DNA of 64,000 bases from Syntrophaceae bacterium UBA2280 (lineage in GTDB: Bacteria; Desulfobacterota; Syntrophia; Syntrophales; Smithellaceae), in assembly GCA_002347685.1 (NCBI GenBank), contig DDWS01000004.1:64360-128359 (forward strand). The letters are read 5' to 3'. Both the position numbers and the translations under genes were made by a program. Of the stretch, positions 17,009 to 25,868 are shown one piece after another; the first letter of the stretch is position 1; every line of letters begins with the position of its first letter. Below the pieces are notes generated by a model. It worked only from the letters and a program-made list of their open reading frames with translations. It ran no database searches and was not told the origin of the DNA.

Positions 17009-17592
17009 TTGGAATGTCTAATATCGGAGCAGAGTATGGGCGCGATTTTTGAAACGACTATGGAAGATCCCAACTTTGCGAACGGAAGAAATCTGGTCTT
17101 GTTCCACCGTCTTTTCGGGCCATACGGTTCCCACGATATAGTGACCCGGATGATGATTTGGAAAAAGGGCATCGATATTTCCACTCTGCATTCGTTCCTG
17201 TAAAGGAAGACGATCTCATGAAGTTGTCACTTTCTTTAGCAGCAAGGCTTTCGGCCGGAAACTCCTCGATGAGGGGAAAATTATCCGCGGCCTTCCCGGG
17301 CAGGAAGGTTTTATTTGCGTTTTTCGAAGTGTCGGATCATTCGGAAGATAAAATTGAAGTTACTCCTCAGAAAATAACCGAAGTTAAAAATCGAATCAAA
17401 CCTCTCTTCAGGACAAAGGCAAGGGATGCATCGACTAAAAAATTCAGCAAGGCCGATGCGCTTGTGATACCGGCTCTGCCGTTATCCCGCACCTTACGGG
17501 ATTCCCATATAGAAAAAAGAGAAATGATTATAGTGCCCCGTTGTTGCGAGGCAGGAGGTGCAGCATGCCGGTCCGAAATGGCGGGGGGATAA
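17009..17592 (+). pseudogene. decayed TetR-family paralogue
   Basis: LVLFHRLFGPYGSHDIVTRMMIWKKGIDISTLHSFL aligns by eye with ILTAARHIFGEYGFHGTTTRMIAKEVGIDISTLHYHW of the intact TetR. It then hits a stop, and the rest is only readable in another frame and is degenerate. Confidence 0.5.
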
Positions 17593-17755
17593 CAAAACTG
17601 ATGACACCGGGCATAAACAGTTACAGCCCTGGAACCTTCCGCGGGCAGTTGCGGGCCGGGGCGAAAGCCAAAAGCTGTTTTCTCTCGTAAAGTATCAATA
17701 TTATTGACGGTGGCAAACGGGCTTATTCATAAAATGAAAAAAAGGAGAAGTCAGC

Positions 17756-18562
17756 ATGGAAAATGAATCGTTTCTTAAAGTTGAAAAAACCGGTCATGTA
17801 GCCTGGCTGATTCTGAACAGACCGAAACAGCGCAATACCATGACCATGGAATTTTTCCAGGAAATCCACCGGCTTTTTGAGGCGTTTGATGAAGATGACG
17901 ATGTGCGCGTCGTCGTCATTCGGGCGGAAGGAAAGAGCTTTACCGCGGGGCTGGACCTTGTTGCCGCCCAGTCTCTCCTTGGAGACGGGTCGGCTGTGTA
18001 CCGGGAAGAACTCCGCAGAAAAATCATGAAGCTCCAGGAGAGTATGACCGCGATCGAAAAATGCCGGAAACCTGTTATTGCCGCCATTCACGGGTACTGC
18101 ATCGGTGGAGGCGTCGATCTTACCAGCGCTTGTGATATCCGGCTTGCGTCTCGGGACGCCATCTTCTCCATCCGGGAAACGCGAATCGGCATCATAGCCG
18201 ATATCGGGACCCTCCAACGTGTTCCGTACATTATCGGAGAAGGCTGGTTTAGGGAACTGGCTCTGACCGGCAGGGATTGGACTGCTGAGGAAGCCCTGAA
18301 GATGGGGTACATCACACGGCTCTGCGAGAACGGTCAGGCTCTTTTTGATGAGGCCCGAAACCTGGCTGAAGAGATAGCCGGTTTGCCCCCCCTCGCTGTT
18401 CAGGGCATCAAGGAAGTCGCGAATTACAGCCGTGATCACGGTATTCAGCAGGGACTGGAATATGTGGCCCAGCGGAATTCCGCATTGGTGCCCAATGATG
18501 ATATGATTGAAGCGGTTGCAGCGTTCCTTGAAAAACGGGCGCCGAATTTTCGCGGGCGATAG
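17756..18562 (+). CDS. enoyl-CoA hydratase/isomerase (crotonase family; dienoyl-CoA isomerase-like)
   Basis: The motifs are VVVIRAEGKSFTAGLDL and PVIAAIHGYCIGGGVDL. The Shine-Dalgarno is AAAGGAGAAG. Confidence 0.9.
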   Translation: MENESFLKVEKTGHVAWLILNRPKQRNTMTMEFFQEIHRLFEAFDEDDDVRVVVIRAEGKSFTAGLDLVAAQSLLGDGSAVYREELRRKIMKLQESMTAIEKCRKPVIAAIHGYCIGGGVDLTSACDIRLASRDAIFSIRETRIGIIADIGTLQRVPYIIGEGWFRELALTGRDWTAEEALKMGYITRLCENGQALFDEARNLAEEIAGLPPLAVQGIKEVANYSRDHGIQQGLEYVAQRNSALVPNDDMIEAVAAFLEKRAPNFRGR

Positions 18563-18651
18563 GGAATATCAGATGATCTCATGTCATCTGTTCGATTCAT
18601 AGTGAGAGAAGGGAGTTTGATTACAGACAGAAGGTGTATTGGCAAAACCAG

Positions 18652-18671
18652 GTGAGTGAGTGAGTGAGTGA
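18652..18671. repeat. (GTGA)5 tetranucleotide microsatellite
   Basis: Read directly: GTGAGTGAGTGAGTGAGTGA, about 50 nt upstream of the acyl-CoA ligase start codon. Confidence 0.95.
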
Positions 18672-18722
18672 GAAGAAGGCTCTGAAGAATTGGCGTCACA
18701 GACAAGATGAAGGAGGAACAAA

Positions 18723-20402
18723 ATGTCGTTTGATAGATTATGGCACAAATCCTATGCTTCAAGTGTTTCTGGGGAAATCAATCTTGAAAAAATCACGATG
18801 GCGGAAGTTCTGACGAGAACAGCGGGCAAATATCCGGACCGAATTGCTTTCATTTACATGGGTAAGAAGATTACCTATCGAGAATTGGAAAAATTGGTAA
18901 ACCGTTTTACCCGGGCATTGATCGACGTCGGAGTGCGGGAAGGAGACAAGGTGGCAGTTCTCCTGCCCAACATACCGCAGATAATCATTGCCGATCATGC
19001 CGTCTATCGTGTGGGGGCTGCGACCACCATGAACAATCCGCTTTATACGGAGCGGGAATTAACCCACCAGCTCAATGATTCGGATGCCACCATCCTGGTA
19101 ACGTTGGATCTTCTGCTTCCCCGGGTGCTCAAAATCAAGAACGAAACAAAGATCAAGAAAATCATTACCTGCCATATCAGTGACTATCTGCCCTTTCCCA
19201 AGAAGCAGCTTTTTCCCTATGTAAAAAAGACAATGTTCAGAAAGGTGGAACCGCAGCCGGACGTTTATGAATTTATGGATCTTATTGCTAAATATTCCGA
19301 TGCACCGGTGGAAAACAAGGCAAAGTGGGATTCGCTGGCCGCTCTTATCTACACCGGGGGAACGACTGGTGTCAGCAAGGGCGCTATGTTGACCCATGCC
19401 AATATCTCATCAATTGTCCAGCAGTTCTCCGCATGGTTTCCCGATCTAAAGGGCACATACCAGAATCTCACGGGGATTTATCCCGTGTTTCATTCCGCCG
19501 GGTATTCGGTAAGCCAGAACCTTCCTATCTGGAATGGCTGGGGCTGCACGCTGGTGCCAAAACCGGAACCGGAAGTTATCGTCGAAATGCTTGAAAAGTA
19601 CCGGCCGACATTCCTTACCGGTGTGCCCACTATTTATACGGCACTGCTGGGCAATGAAAAATTCCGGAAGATGGATCTTTCCTTTGTGACGGGATATTTT
19701 GGAGGGGCGGCGCCCCTGCCGGAAAACACACTGAATCAGTTGAAAGAACTCCACGGGGCAATCATCTATGATGTTTACGGCGCTACTGAGAATACGGCAT
19801 TTGCAACGACTACTCCCTGGGGTGGGAAGGTAAAAATCGGGACAGTGGGACTTCCGCTTCCCAACACGGATATTAAAGTCGTGGATGTTGAGACCGGCAC
19901 CAAGGGACTCCCCATCGGCGAAAACGGTGAAATTTGCATTAAAGGTCCCCAGGTGATGACCGGGTACTATAAAAAACCGGAAGAAACAGCGAATGCCCTC
20001 AAGGATGGATGGTTTTATACCGGAGACATCGGGTTCATCGATGAGGATGGGTACCTGACCATATCAGACCGCAAAAAGGACGTCATCGTGGCGAGCGGCT
20101 TCAATGTCTTTCCCAAAGAGATAGATGAAATCCTCTTCGAGCACCCCAGGATCAGCGAGGCCTGTTGTATAGGTATTCCTGACGAGTACAGGGGTGAAAC
20201 TGTAAAAGCTTTCATTGTGGCCAAGCCCGGAGAGACGCTGACGAAACAGGAGGTGACGGCCTTCTGCAAAGAGAGACTGACGGGCTACAAGGTTCCCACA
20301 GAGGTGGAATTTATTGAAGAGCTTCCCAAGAGTGCGATTGGCAAGATCATGCGTCGCGAACTGAGGGAGATGGATAAGAAAAAAAGGGAGAAAGTGTCAT
20401 GA
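18723..20402 (+). CDS. long/medium-chain acyl-CoA ligase (AMP-forming)
   Basis: It has the AMP-binding motif IYTGGTTGVSKGAMLTH, plus YGATE, GDIG..DEDGYL.I.DRKKD and a terminal GKI.RREL. Confidence 0.9.
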   Translation: MSFDRLWHKSYASSVSGEINLEKITMAEVLTRTAGKYPDRIAFIYMGKKITYRELEKLVNRFTRALIDVGVREGDKVAVLLPNIPQIIIADHAVYRVGAATTMNNPLYTERELTHQLNDSDATILVTLDLLLPRVLKIKNETKIKKIITCHISDYLPFPKKQLFPYVKKTMFRKVEPQPDVYEFMDLIAKYSDAPVENKAKWDSLAALIYTGGTTGVSKGAMLTHANISSIVQQFSAWFPDLKGTYQNLTGIYPVFHSAGYSVSQNLPIWNGWGCTLVPKPEPEVIVEMLEKYRPTFLTGVPTIYTALLGNEKFRKMDLSFVTGYFGGAAPLPENTLNQLKELHGAIIYDVYGATENTAFATTTPWGGKVKIGTVGLPLPNTDIKVVDVETGTKGLPIGENGEICIKGPQVMTGYYKKPEETANALKDGWFYTGDIGFIDEDGYLTISDRKKDVIVASGFNVFPKEIDEILFEHPRISEACCIGIPDEYRGETVKAFIVAKPGETLTKQEVTAFCKERLTGYKVPTEVEFIEELPKSAIGKIMRRELREMDKKKREKVS

Positions 20403-21205
20403 GTGCGTTGATTCCGGAATTCAAGACATTGCTCTTCGAAGAAAAAGAACCGCACATTGGCGTGGTGACCATGAACCGTCCCCGGCAGCTCAATGCCATC
20501 AACCTGGATATGCTCATCGACTTCGAAAGGCTGTTTCAGGTATTGTCTGAGAAAGATTCCATCAGGGTTCTCATCATCACGGGCGCCGGCAAGGGGTATT
20601 CTTCGGGCGCTGATCTCAATGATGCAGTGATCTACAAGGAGTCCGAAGCGTTTGCGGATCCTGAAAAGTTCTTGAAACTCGTGCAGGAACGATACGCCGC
20701 CCTGATTCTGGGCATGAGAAGGATTCCCCAGCCGATTATATCGGCCGTGAACGGACCGGCCGCCGGAGGAGGTTTTTCCATGACGCTTGCCAGCGATATC
20801 CGGGTGGCGTGCAAAGAAGCCTATTTTGTGGCCTCTTTCATTAATATCGGGCTTTCCGGTGGTGAACTGGGATGCTCTTTTTTGCTGCCCCGGCTGGTGG
20901 GGCTCGCGCACGCTTCCGACATTCTGCTTACCGGCAGGAAGATCGGGGCACAGGAAGCTGAAAAAATAGGTCTCATCAATAAGCTGGTTTTGCGGGATGA
21001 TCTTCTGGAAACAGCGCTCGCCTATGGAAGATTGATGGCATGCAAAAGCGTGGGAGGCCTGAAGCTCACCAAGCGGGTTCTGAGTGAAAATATTACGGCT
21101 CCGTCGCTGGAAAGTGCGGTGAACCTGGAAAACCGAAACCAGACCATCATGGTTTTTTCAGGCGAGTTTTTCAAGCTGGTCGGGCAATTTTGTAAAGAGC
21201 CATGA
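20399..21205 (+). CDS. enoyl-CoA hydratase (crotonase family)
   Basis: The motifs are VLIITGAGKGYSSGADL and PIISAVNGPAAGGGFS. It has an ATGA overlap with the upstream gene. Confidence 0.9.
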   Translation: MSALIPEFKTLLFEEKEPHIGVVTMNRPRQLNAINLDMLIDFERLFQVLSEKDSIRVLIITGAGKGYSSGADLNDAVIYKESEAFADPEKFLKLVQERYAALILGMRRIPQPIISAVNGPAAGGGFSMTLASDIRVACKEAYFVASFINIGLSGGELGCSFLLPRLVGLAHASDILLTGRKIGAQEAEKIGLINKLVLRDDLLETALAYGRLMACKSVGGLKLTKRVLSENITAPSLESAVNLENRNQTIMVFSGEFFKLVGQFCKEP

Positions 21206-21297
21206 TCAGCTTCACTCGCCGTTCCAGGGGTAAAACGAAAATGACCACGACAAAACGAAACATATGGGAAAGTTTCTCGTAGAGGAGAATGTGTGTA

Positions 21298-23166
21298 ATG
21301 CAGAAGTATCTGGTTGATCATCGTGATTTGCAGTTTGCCTTGTTCGAATTTCTGGAAGTGGACAAAATGAACAGCTTCCAGCGTTATGAAAATTTTGATC
21401 GTGGCGTATACGAGGAAACGATCCGCCTGGCCGAAAGGATTGCGGCGGAATCGGTTTTCCCGGCGAATGTGACCGGGCACAGGGAGGGATGCCATTATGA
21501 TCCGCAAACCAGATCTGTGCGATTACCCTCGGGGTATCAAGCTGCGGCCAAGGCGCTCTTTGATGCGGGATTCTTAAGTATTGCCGATGACCAGGACATC
21601 GGAGGAGCAGGGATGCCGCTGGCCATCCAGTCGTGTGCCTGGGAAATATTTTGCGGGGCCGGCGGAGCACTAATGCTTTTTTTCATGCTGGGGCACGGGG
21701 CAGCTCATTTAATCCATAGTTTCGGGACCCCAAAACAGAAGTCCCGCTATGTGAAAAAGCTTCTTTCCGGTGAATGGGGCGGAACCATGTGCCTTACGGA
21801 ACCGGAGGCAGGCTCCGATGTGGGGGCTTTGAAAACAAAAGCCGTCCTGCAGTCCGACGGATCGTATAGAATTACCGGGCAAAAGTGTTTCATTACCAAC
21901 GGAGACCAGGACGTCACCCGCCAGATTGTCTATCCGGTTCTGGCCCGCATTGAAGGGGACCCGCAGGGAACCAAAGGGATTTCCATATTCATCGTCCCCA
22001 AGTATCTGGTCAATGATGATGGGACCCTGGGAGAAAGAAACGATGTGTTCTGCACCGGCGTGGAGCATAAGATGGGCGCCCACGGATCGGCGACCTGCGC
22101 CATGTCCTTTGGTGAAGATGAATGCTGTACGGGTTATCTGCTGGGCGAGCGGGGCCGCGGTATGAATATCATGTTTCAGATGCTCAATGAAACAAGACTC
22201 GAGGTCGGCATTATGGCGTTGGGAGGTTCCTCCGCAGCTTTACAGTGTGCCGTTGATTACGCGCGCACCCGACTGCAGGGGGTTCACTTCAGCCGGATGT
22301 TCGATACGGACGCTCCTAAAGTTCCCATCATTGAACATCCCGATGTCACGAGAATGCTGATGGGAATGAAGGGCTGCGTCGAGGCGGAACGGATGCTGTC
22401 CTATTATGTGGCAAAGCAGATCGACCTGGCCAGGCTGCTCGAAGGGGAAGCAAGCCGGGAAGCCCGGGCCCTGGTCGATATTCTCATCCCCCTGGTCAAG
22501 GCGGGCAATTCGGAAAATGCATGGCAGATCACTGCCGAAGCGATACAAGTCCACGGGGGATATGGCTATTGCTCGGATTATCCCGTAGAGCAGCTTGCGG
22601 TGGACTGCAAGGTTCTGAGCATTGTCGAAGGAACAAACGGCATCCAGTCGCTGGATCTGGTCATGAGGAAGATCCTGTTGAATTCCGATCAGAAGAATTA
22701 CAAAGTTTTAAAATCAAGAATGTTACAGACGATCGAAAACGCATCCGGTATCGTCGACGACGTTTACCGGAATATGCTCCTTACGGGGCTTGAACGGATG
22801 GATTCCATTTTGGATTCCATGAAAAAGCATATGGATGCGGGGCGATATCATACGCTGCTCATCAACGTTGATCCCGTGCGCAGGGCCTTTTTCGATTTGA
22901 TGCTTGCCTGGATGCACATGTGGTGTCTGATGCTGGCGCGCCCGAAGCTTTCCGCGCTTACGGCCGGTGCAGAAGGTGAGGCACTGGCGGGAGTCCTTGC
23001 CCGGGATGCAGAGGCGGCTTTCTATTATGGCAAGGTATGCGCGTCGGAATTCTGGCTGGCGTCTGAGTTCCCGAAATATTTTGGGAAAATGGATGGAATA
23101 TCGCTTAGTGAAAAAATTGATTTCCTGCCCGGGAATGCGGTTTTTTCTTCTCATCCTTGTTCGTGA
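21298..23166 (+). CDS. large acyl-CoA dehydrogenase (about 620 aa, extended C-terminal domain)
   Basis: It has GTMCLTEPEAGSD, KCFITNGD and VHGGYGY motifs. ATG 21298 has better Shine-Dalgarno spacing than 21289. Confidence 0.85.
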   Translation: MQKYLVDHRDLQFALFEFLEVDKMNSFQRYENFDRGVYEETIRLAERIAAESVFPANVTGHREGCHYDPQTRSVRLPSGYQAAAKALFDAGFLSIADDQDIGGAGMPLAIQSCAWEIFCGAGGALMLFFMLGHGAAHLIHSFGTPKQKSRYVKKLLSGEWGGTMCLTEPEAGSDVGALKTKAVLQSDGSYRITGQKCFITNGDQDVTRQIVYPVLARIEGDPQGTKGISIFIVPKYLVNDDGTLGERNDVFCTGVEHKMGAHGSATCAMSFGEDECCTGYLLGERGRGMNIMFQMLNETRLEVGIMALGGSSAALQCAVDYARTRLQGVHFSRMFDTDAPKVPIIEHPDVTRMLMGMKGCVEAERMLSYYVAKQIDLARLLEGEASREARALVDILIPLVKAGNSENAWQITAEAIQVHGGYGYCSDYPVEQLAVDCKVLSIVEGTNGIQSLDLVMRKILLNSDQKNYKVLKSRMLQTIENASGIVDDVYRNMLLTGLERMDSILDSMKKHMDAGRYHTLLINVDPVRRAFFDLMLAWMHMWCLMLARPKLSALTAGAEGEALAGVLARDAEAAFYYGKVCASEFWLASEFPKYFGKMDGISLSEKIDFLPGNAVFSSHPCS

Positions 23167-23248
23167 GGTCGCAGGGAAGAATTCGGATTGCCGCCCGGTG
23201 ACAGGATGGATAAGGTATGTCGGGCTGAAATACTCAAGGAGGATTTAC

Positions 23249-24232
23249 ATGAAAACGGCAATAACTGAGATGTTTGGTATCAAGTATCCCATTATCTGTG
23301 GGGCGATGATGTGGCTTTGCAAGCCGACACTGTGCGCGGCGATTTCCAATGCAGGGGGGATGGGAAATCTTACTGCCGCCAATTATGAAACGGAACAGGA
23401 TTTCCGCAATGCGATCCTGGAGACACGAAAGCTTACCGACAAGCCGTTCATGGTGGGCGTGACCATTCTTCCCTCGGTGCGCATAACACCCGGACATCAC
23501 CAGATGTACCTGCGGGTCTGCGCGGAAGAAAAAGTGGCGGGAATCGAGGTTTCCGGTGCTCCTGTAGATAAGGGGGTGGGACCGGAATATATCGACCTGC
23601 TGAAAAAAGCAGGCGTTAAGCTCTTTCACAAGGTGGGATCGGTACGTCATGCCCTGCATGCGGAGAAGGCGGGCTACGATGGCATCTACGCCGCCGGCAT
23701 CGAGGAAGGCGGTCACCCGTTGGACGATGATGTCACAACCATGGTGTTGACCCCCCGCATTGCCGAATCCGTGAGAATACCTGTGGTGACGGTGGGGGGT
23801 ATTGCCAACGGAAAGTCCCTCGCGGCGGCTCTGTCGCTTGGCGCGGAGGGAGTTATGATGGCCAGCCGTTTCCTTGCGACCAAGGAGTGTGTGGTTCACG
23901 AAAATATCAAACAGGAAATTGTAAGACGTCAGGAACACGAAACCACGCTAATCTGCAAAACCCTTCACCTGCAGGGTCGGGCCCTCAAGAACCAGGTGGT
24001 CCGGGAAATATGTGAAATCGAGGAAAAAGGAGGGGGATTTGAGGCTCTTTATCCCCTCATTGCAGGTGATCGAATGAAACAGGCATGGGATGATGGCGAT
24101 GTCGATGTTGCTCCCATGATGGTGGGGCAATCCATCGGGCTCATCAAGGATGTGCCCACCTGCCAGGAGCTGATGCAGCGAATGGTGAAAGAGGCGCAGG
24201 AAACGCTGGCGAGGGCAAGCAAGCTGTTTTAG
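23249..24232 (+). CDS. nitronate monooxygenase / FabK-like FMN enoyl reductase family protein
   Basis: The motifs are FGIKYPIICGAMMW...ISNAGGMG and VTVGGIA.G....AL.LGAEGV. A Shine-Dalgarno (AAGGAGG) precedes ATG 23249. The longer ORF from 22967 overlaps the upstream dehydrogenase. Confidence 0.85.
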   Translation: MKTAITEMFGIKYPIICGAMMWLCKPTLCAAISNAGGMGNLTAANYETEQDFRNAILETRKLTDKPFMVGVTILPSVRITPGHHQMYLRVCAEEKVAGIEVSGAPVDKGVGPEYIDLLKKAGVKLFHKVGSVRHALHAEKAGYDGIYAAGIEEGGHPLDDDVTTMVLTPRIAESVRIPVVTVGGIANGKSLAAALSLGAEGVMMASRFLATKECVVHENIKQEIVRRQEHETTLICKTLHLQGRALKNQVVREICEIEEKGGGFEALYPLIAGDRMKQAWDDGDVDVAPMMVGQSIGLIKDVPTCQELMQRMVKEAQETLARASKLF

Positions 24233-24356
24233 CTTCCGGGCACATGCCGCGCGGGTGAAAAAGTCCGGGTTGTCTCATCGACGAAAATGCCGCGCATGCT
24301 TTACAAGAGAAAAACGGCGGCAGGATATTAAAAAAGATTTTGTATCAATCGCCCGC

Positions 24357-24385
24357 AGACAAGAAATAGCAAGGCACTATATAAT
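24357..24385 (+). promoter_or_regulatory. sigma-70-like promoter candidate (AGACAA-17 nt-TATAAT)
   Basis: The hexamers and spacing were read directly, in the 294-bp gap before the SDR-SCP2 gene. Confidence 0.3.
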
Positions 24386-24526
24386 TTTTTAAAAATAGAT
24401 GGCAGAGACGGAATTTTTGAATCGTTTGTAGATCAGGCGATGGAATAAATAGATTGAATAATAAAGTTGATATGCAGATAAGCCAGATGGTTATCAAGAG
24501 ACATTTCATAAAAAAGGAGAACGATT

Positions 24527-25798
24527 ATGGGATCAAGTGAGGAAATCCGTTTTGATGGTCGAGTGGCCATCGTCACTGGCGCGGGTGGCGGACTGGGGCG
24601 TGTGTACGCCCTTGAGTTTGCGAGGCGGGGTGCAAAAGTAGTGGTCAATGATTTTGGCGGCGCCAGGGATGGTTCCGGCAAAGGAGCGGCAGGTCCGGCG
24701 GATAAAGTCGTTGATGAAATTAAAGCGTTGGGAGGAGAATCTGTTGCCAACTATGACAATGTCGCGACGGCAGATGGAGGGGCAAACATCGTCAAGACAG
24801 CCGTTGATGCCTTCGGGAAGGTTGACATCCTGATAAACAATGCGGGCATTCTGCGGGACAAGGGCATTCTCAAAATGGAGCCGGAAAACTGGCAGGTTGT
24901 TCTTGATGTTCATCTGAACGGGGCCTTCAATGTGACGCGTCCGGCTTTCAGTGTCATGCGGGACAATGGTTTCGGCCGGATCATCATGACGACATCTGCC
25001 GCAGGGCTTTACGGCAATTTCGGTCAGAGCAATTACTCCTCAGCCAAGTTGGGTATTGTCGGTTTTATGAACTCCCTGAAGCTCGAGGGGGTGAAGTACA
25101 ACATTAAAGTAAACACGGTGGCACCCATTGCCGCATCCCGGCTCACGGAGGACATTCTGCCCCCCGATCTGCTGGCCAAGATGAATCCGGATTATGTTGC
25201 CCCTATCGTCCTCTATCTCTGCTCGGAGGAATGCGGCGACACCGGCAGGATTTTCAATTGCGGCGCAGGATTTTACAATCGTGTCGCCGTGATGACGAGC
25301 CCCGGTGTCGTCGTCGGAGGCGGCAAGAAAATTCCTTCCCTTGAGGACGTTTCCGCCAACTGGGCGAAAATCATGGATTTCAAGGGTGCCAAGGAATACG
25401 GACAATTGAACGACCTGGTTCTTCAAGATCTCCTTTCGGCTTTGGAGGAAAAGAAAGAATCGGCCCAGGGCGGCGGATTCACTGTCGTGAAGGATGTCTT
25501 TGAAAGAATGCCCGGCGCCTTTCAGGCCGGCGGGGCGGGAGGAGCAGCAGTTGTTTTCCAGTACTGCATCTCCGGTGGCGGCGGCGGTGATTGGTCTGCC
25601 GATATCAGGGACGGTGCGTGTACCGTGACTTCCGGCATCCATGGAAGCCCGACCTGTACGCTGAAGATCAGTGCAGAGGATTTTCTTGACCTGATGAACG
25701 GCAAGGTAAACGCCATGAAGGCTTATACTTCGGGAAAACTGAAGATCGAAGGGGATATCATGAAATCCCAGCTACTGGAGAAAATCTTCAAATTTTAA
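24527..25798 (+). CDS. MFE-2-type (D-specific) 3-hydroxyacyl-CoA dehydrogenase SDR fused to a C-terminal SCP2 domain
   Basis: FDGRVAIVTGAGGGLGRVYALEFARRGAKVVVNDFGG and YSSAK are the signature of the 17beta-HSD4/MFE-2 dehydrogenase subfamily. The C-terminus (DFLDLMNGK.NAMKAYTSGKLKIEGDIMKSQ) is SCP2-like. Confidence 0.85.
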   Translation: MGSSEEIRFDGRVAIVTGAGGGLGRVYALEFARRGAKVVVNDFGGARDGSGKGAAGPADKVVDEIKALGGESVANYDNVATADGGANIVKTAVDAFGKVDILINNAGILRDKGILKMEPENWQVVLDVHLNGAFNVTRPAFSVMRDNGFGRIIMTTSAAGLYGNFGQSNYSSAKLGIVGFMNSLKLEGVKYNIKVNTVAPIAASRLTEDILPPDLLAKMNPDYVAPIVLYLCSEECGDTGRIFNCGAGFYNRVAVMTSPGVVVGGGKKIPSLEDVSANWAKIMDFKGAKEYGQLNDLVLQDLLSALEEKKESAQGGGFTVVKDVFERMPGAFQAGGAGGAAVVFQYCISGGGGGDWSADIRDGACTVTSGIHGSPTCTLKISAEDFLDLMNGKVNAMKAYTSGKLKIEGDIMKSQLLEKIFKF

Positions 25799-25868
25799 GG
25801 CGGGGATATCCTGAAGGATCGACTTTAAAAATGAACGCAATATATTGTAAACGAAGGAGGTACAAACG

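Noticed and set aside
17158-17592. 144-aa ORF as an independent gene.
   Set aside because: It follows the interrupted TetR-like HTH fragment, and its start (KEDDLMKLSL) still aligns loosely with the TetR region after the HTH. I interpret it as the decayed remainder of the pseudogene.
17723-18439. 238-aa minus-strand ORF overlapping the first enoyl-CoA hydratase.
   Set aside because: It is antisense to a gene with clear crotonase motifs. It has no Shine-Dalgarno and low-complexity, Arg/Pro-rich composition.
20285-20911. 208-aa minus-strand ORF spanning the ligase/hydratase junction.
   Set aside because: It is antisense to two well-supported genes. Its composition is typical of a shadow frame.
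22967-23248. N-terminal 94 codons of the ORF-track entry 22967-24232.
   Set aside because: This part overlaps the 3' end of the large acyl-CoA dehydrogenase by 200 nt. The NMO-like homology begins at MKTAITEMFGIKYPII (ATG 23249), which has its own AAGGAGG Shine-Dalgarno.
23234-23938. 234-aa minus-strand ORF.
   Set aside because: It is antisense to the NMO/FabK-like gene, which has recognisable FMN-barrel motifs. No motif of its own is present.
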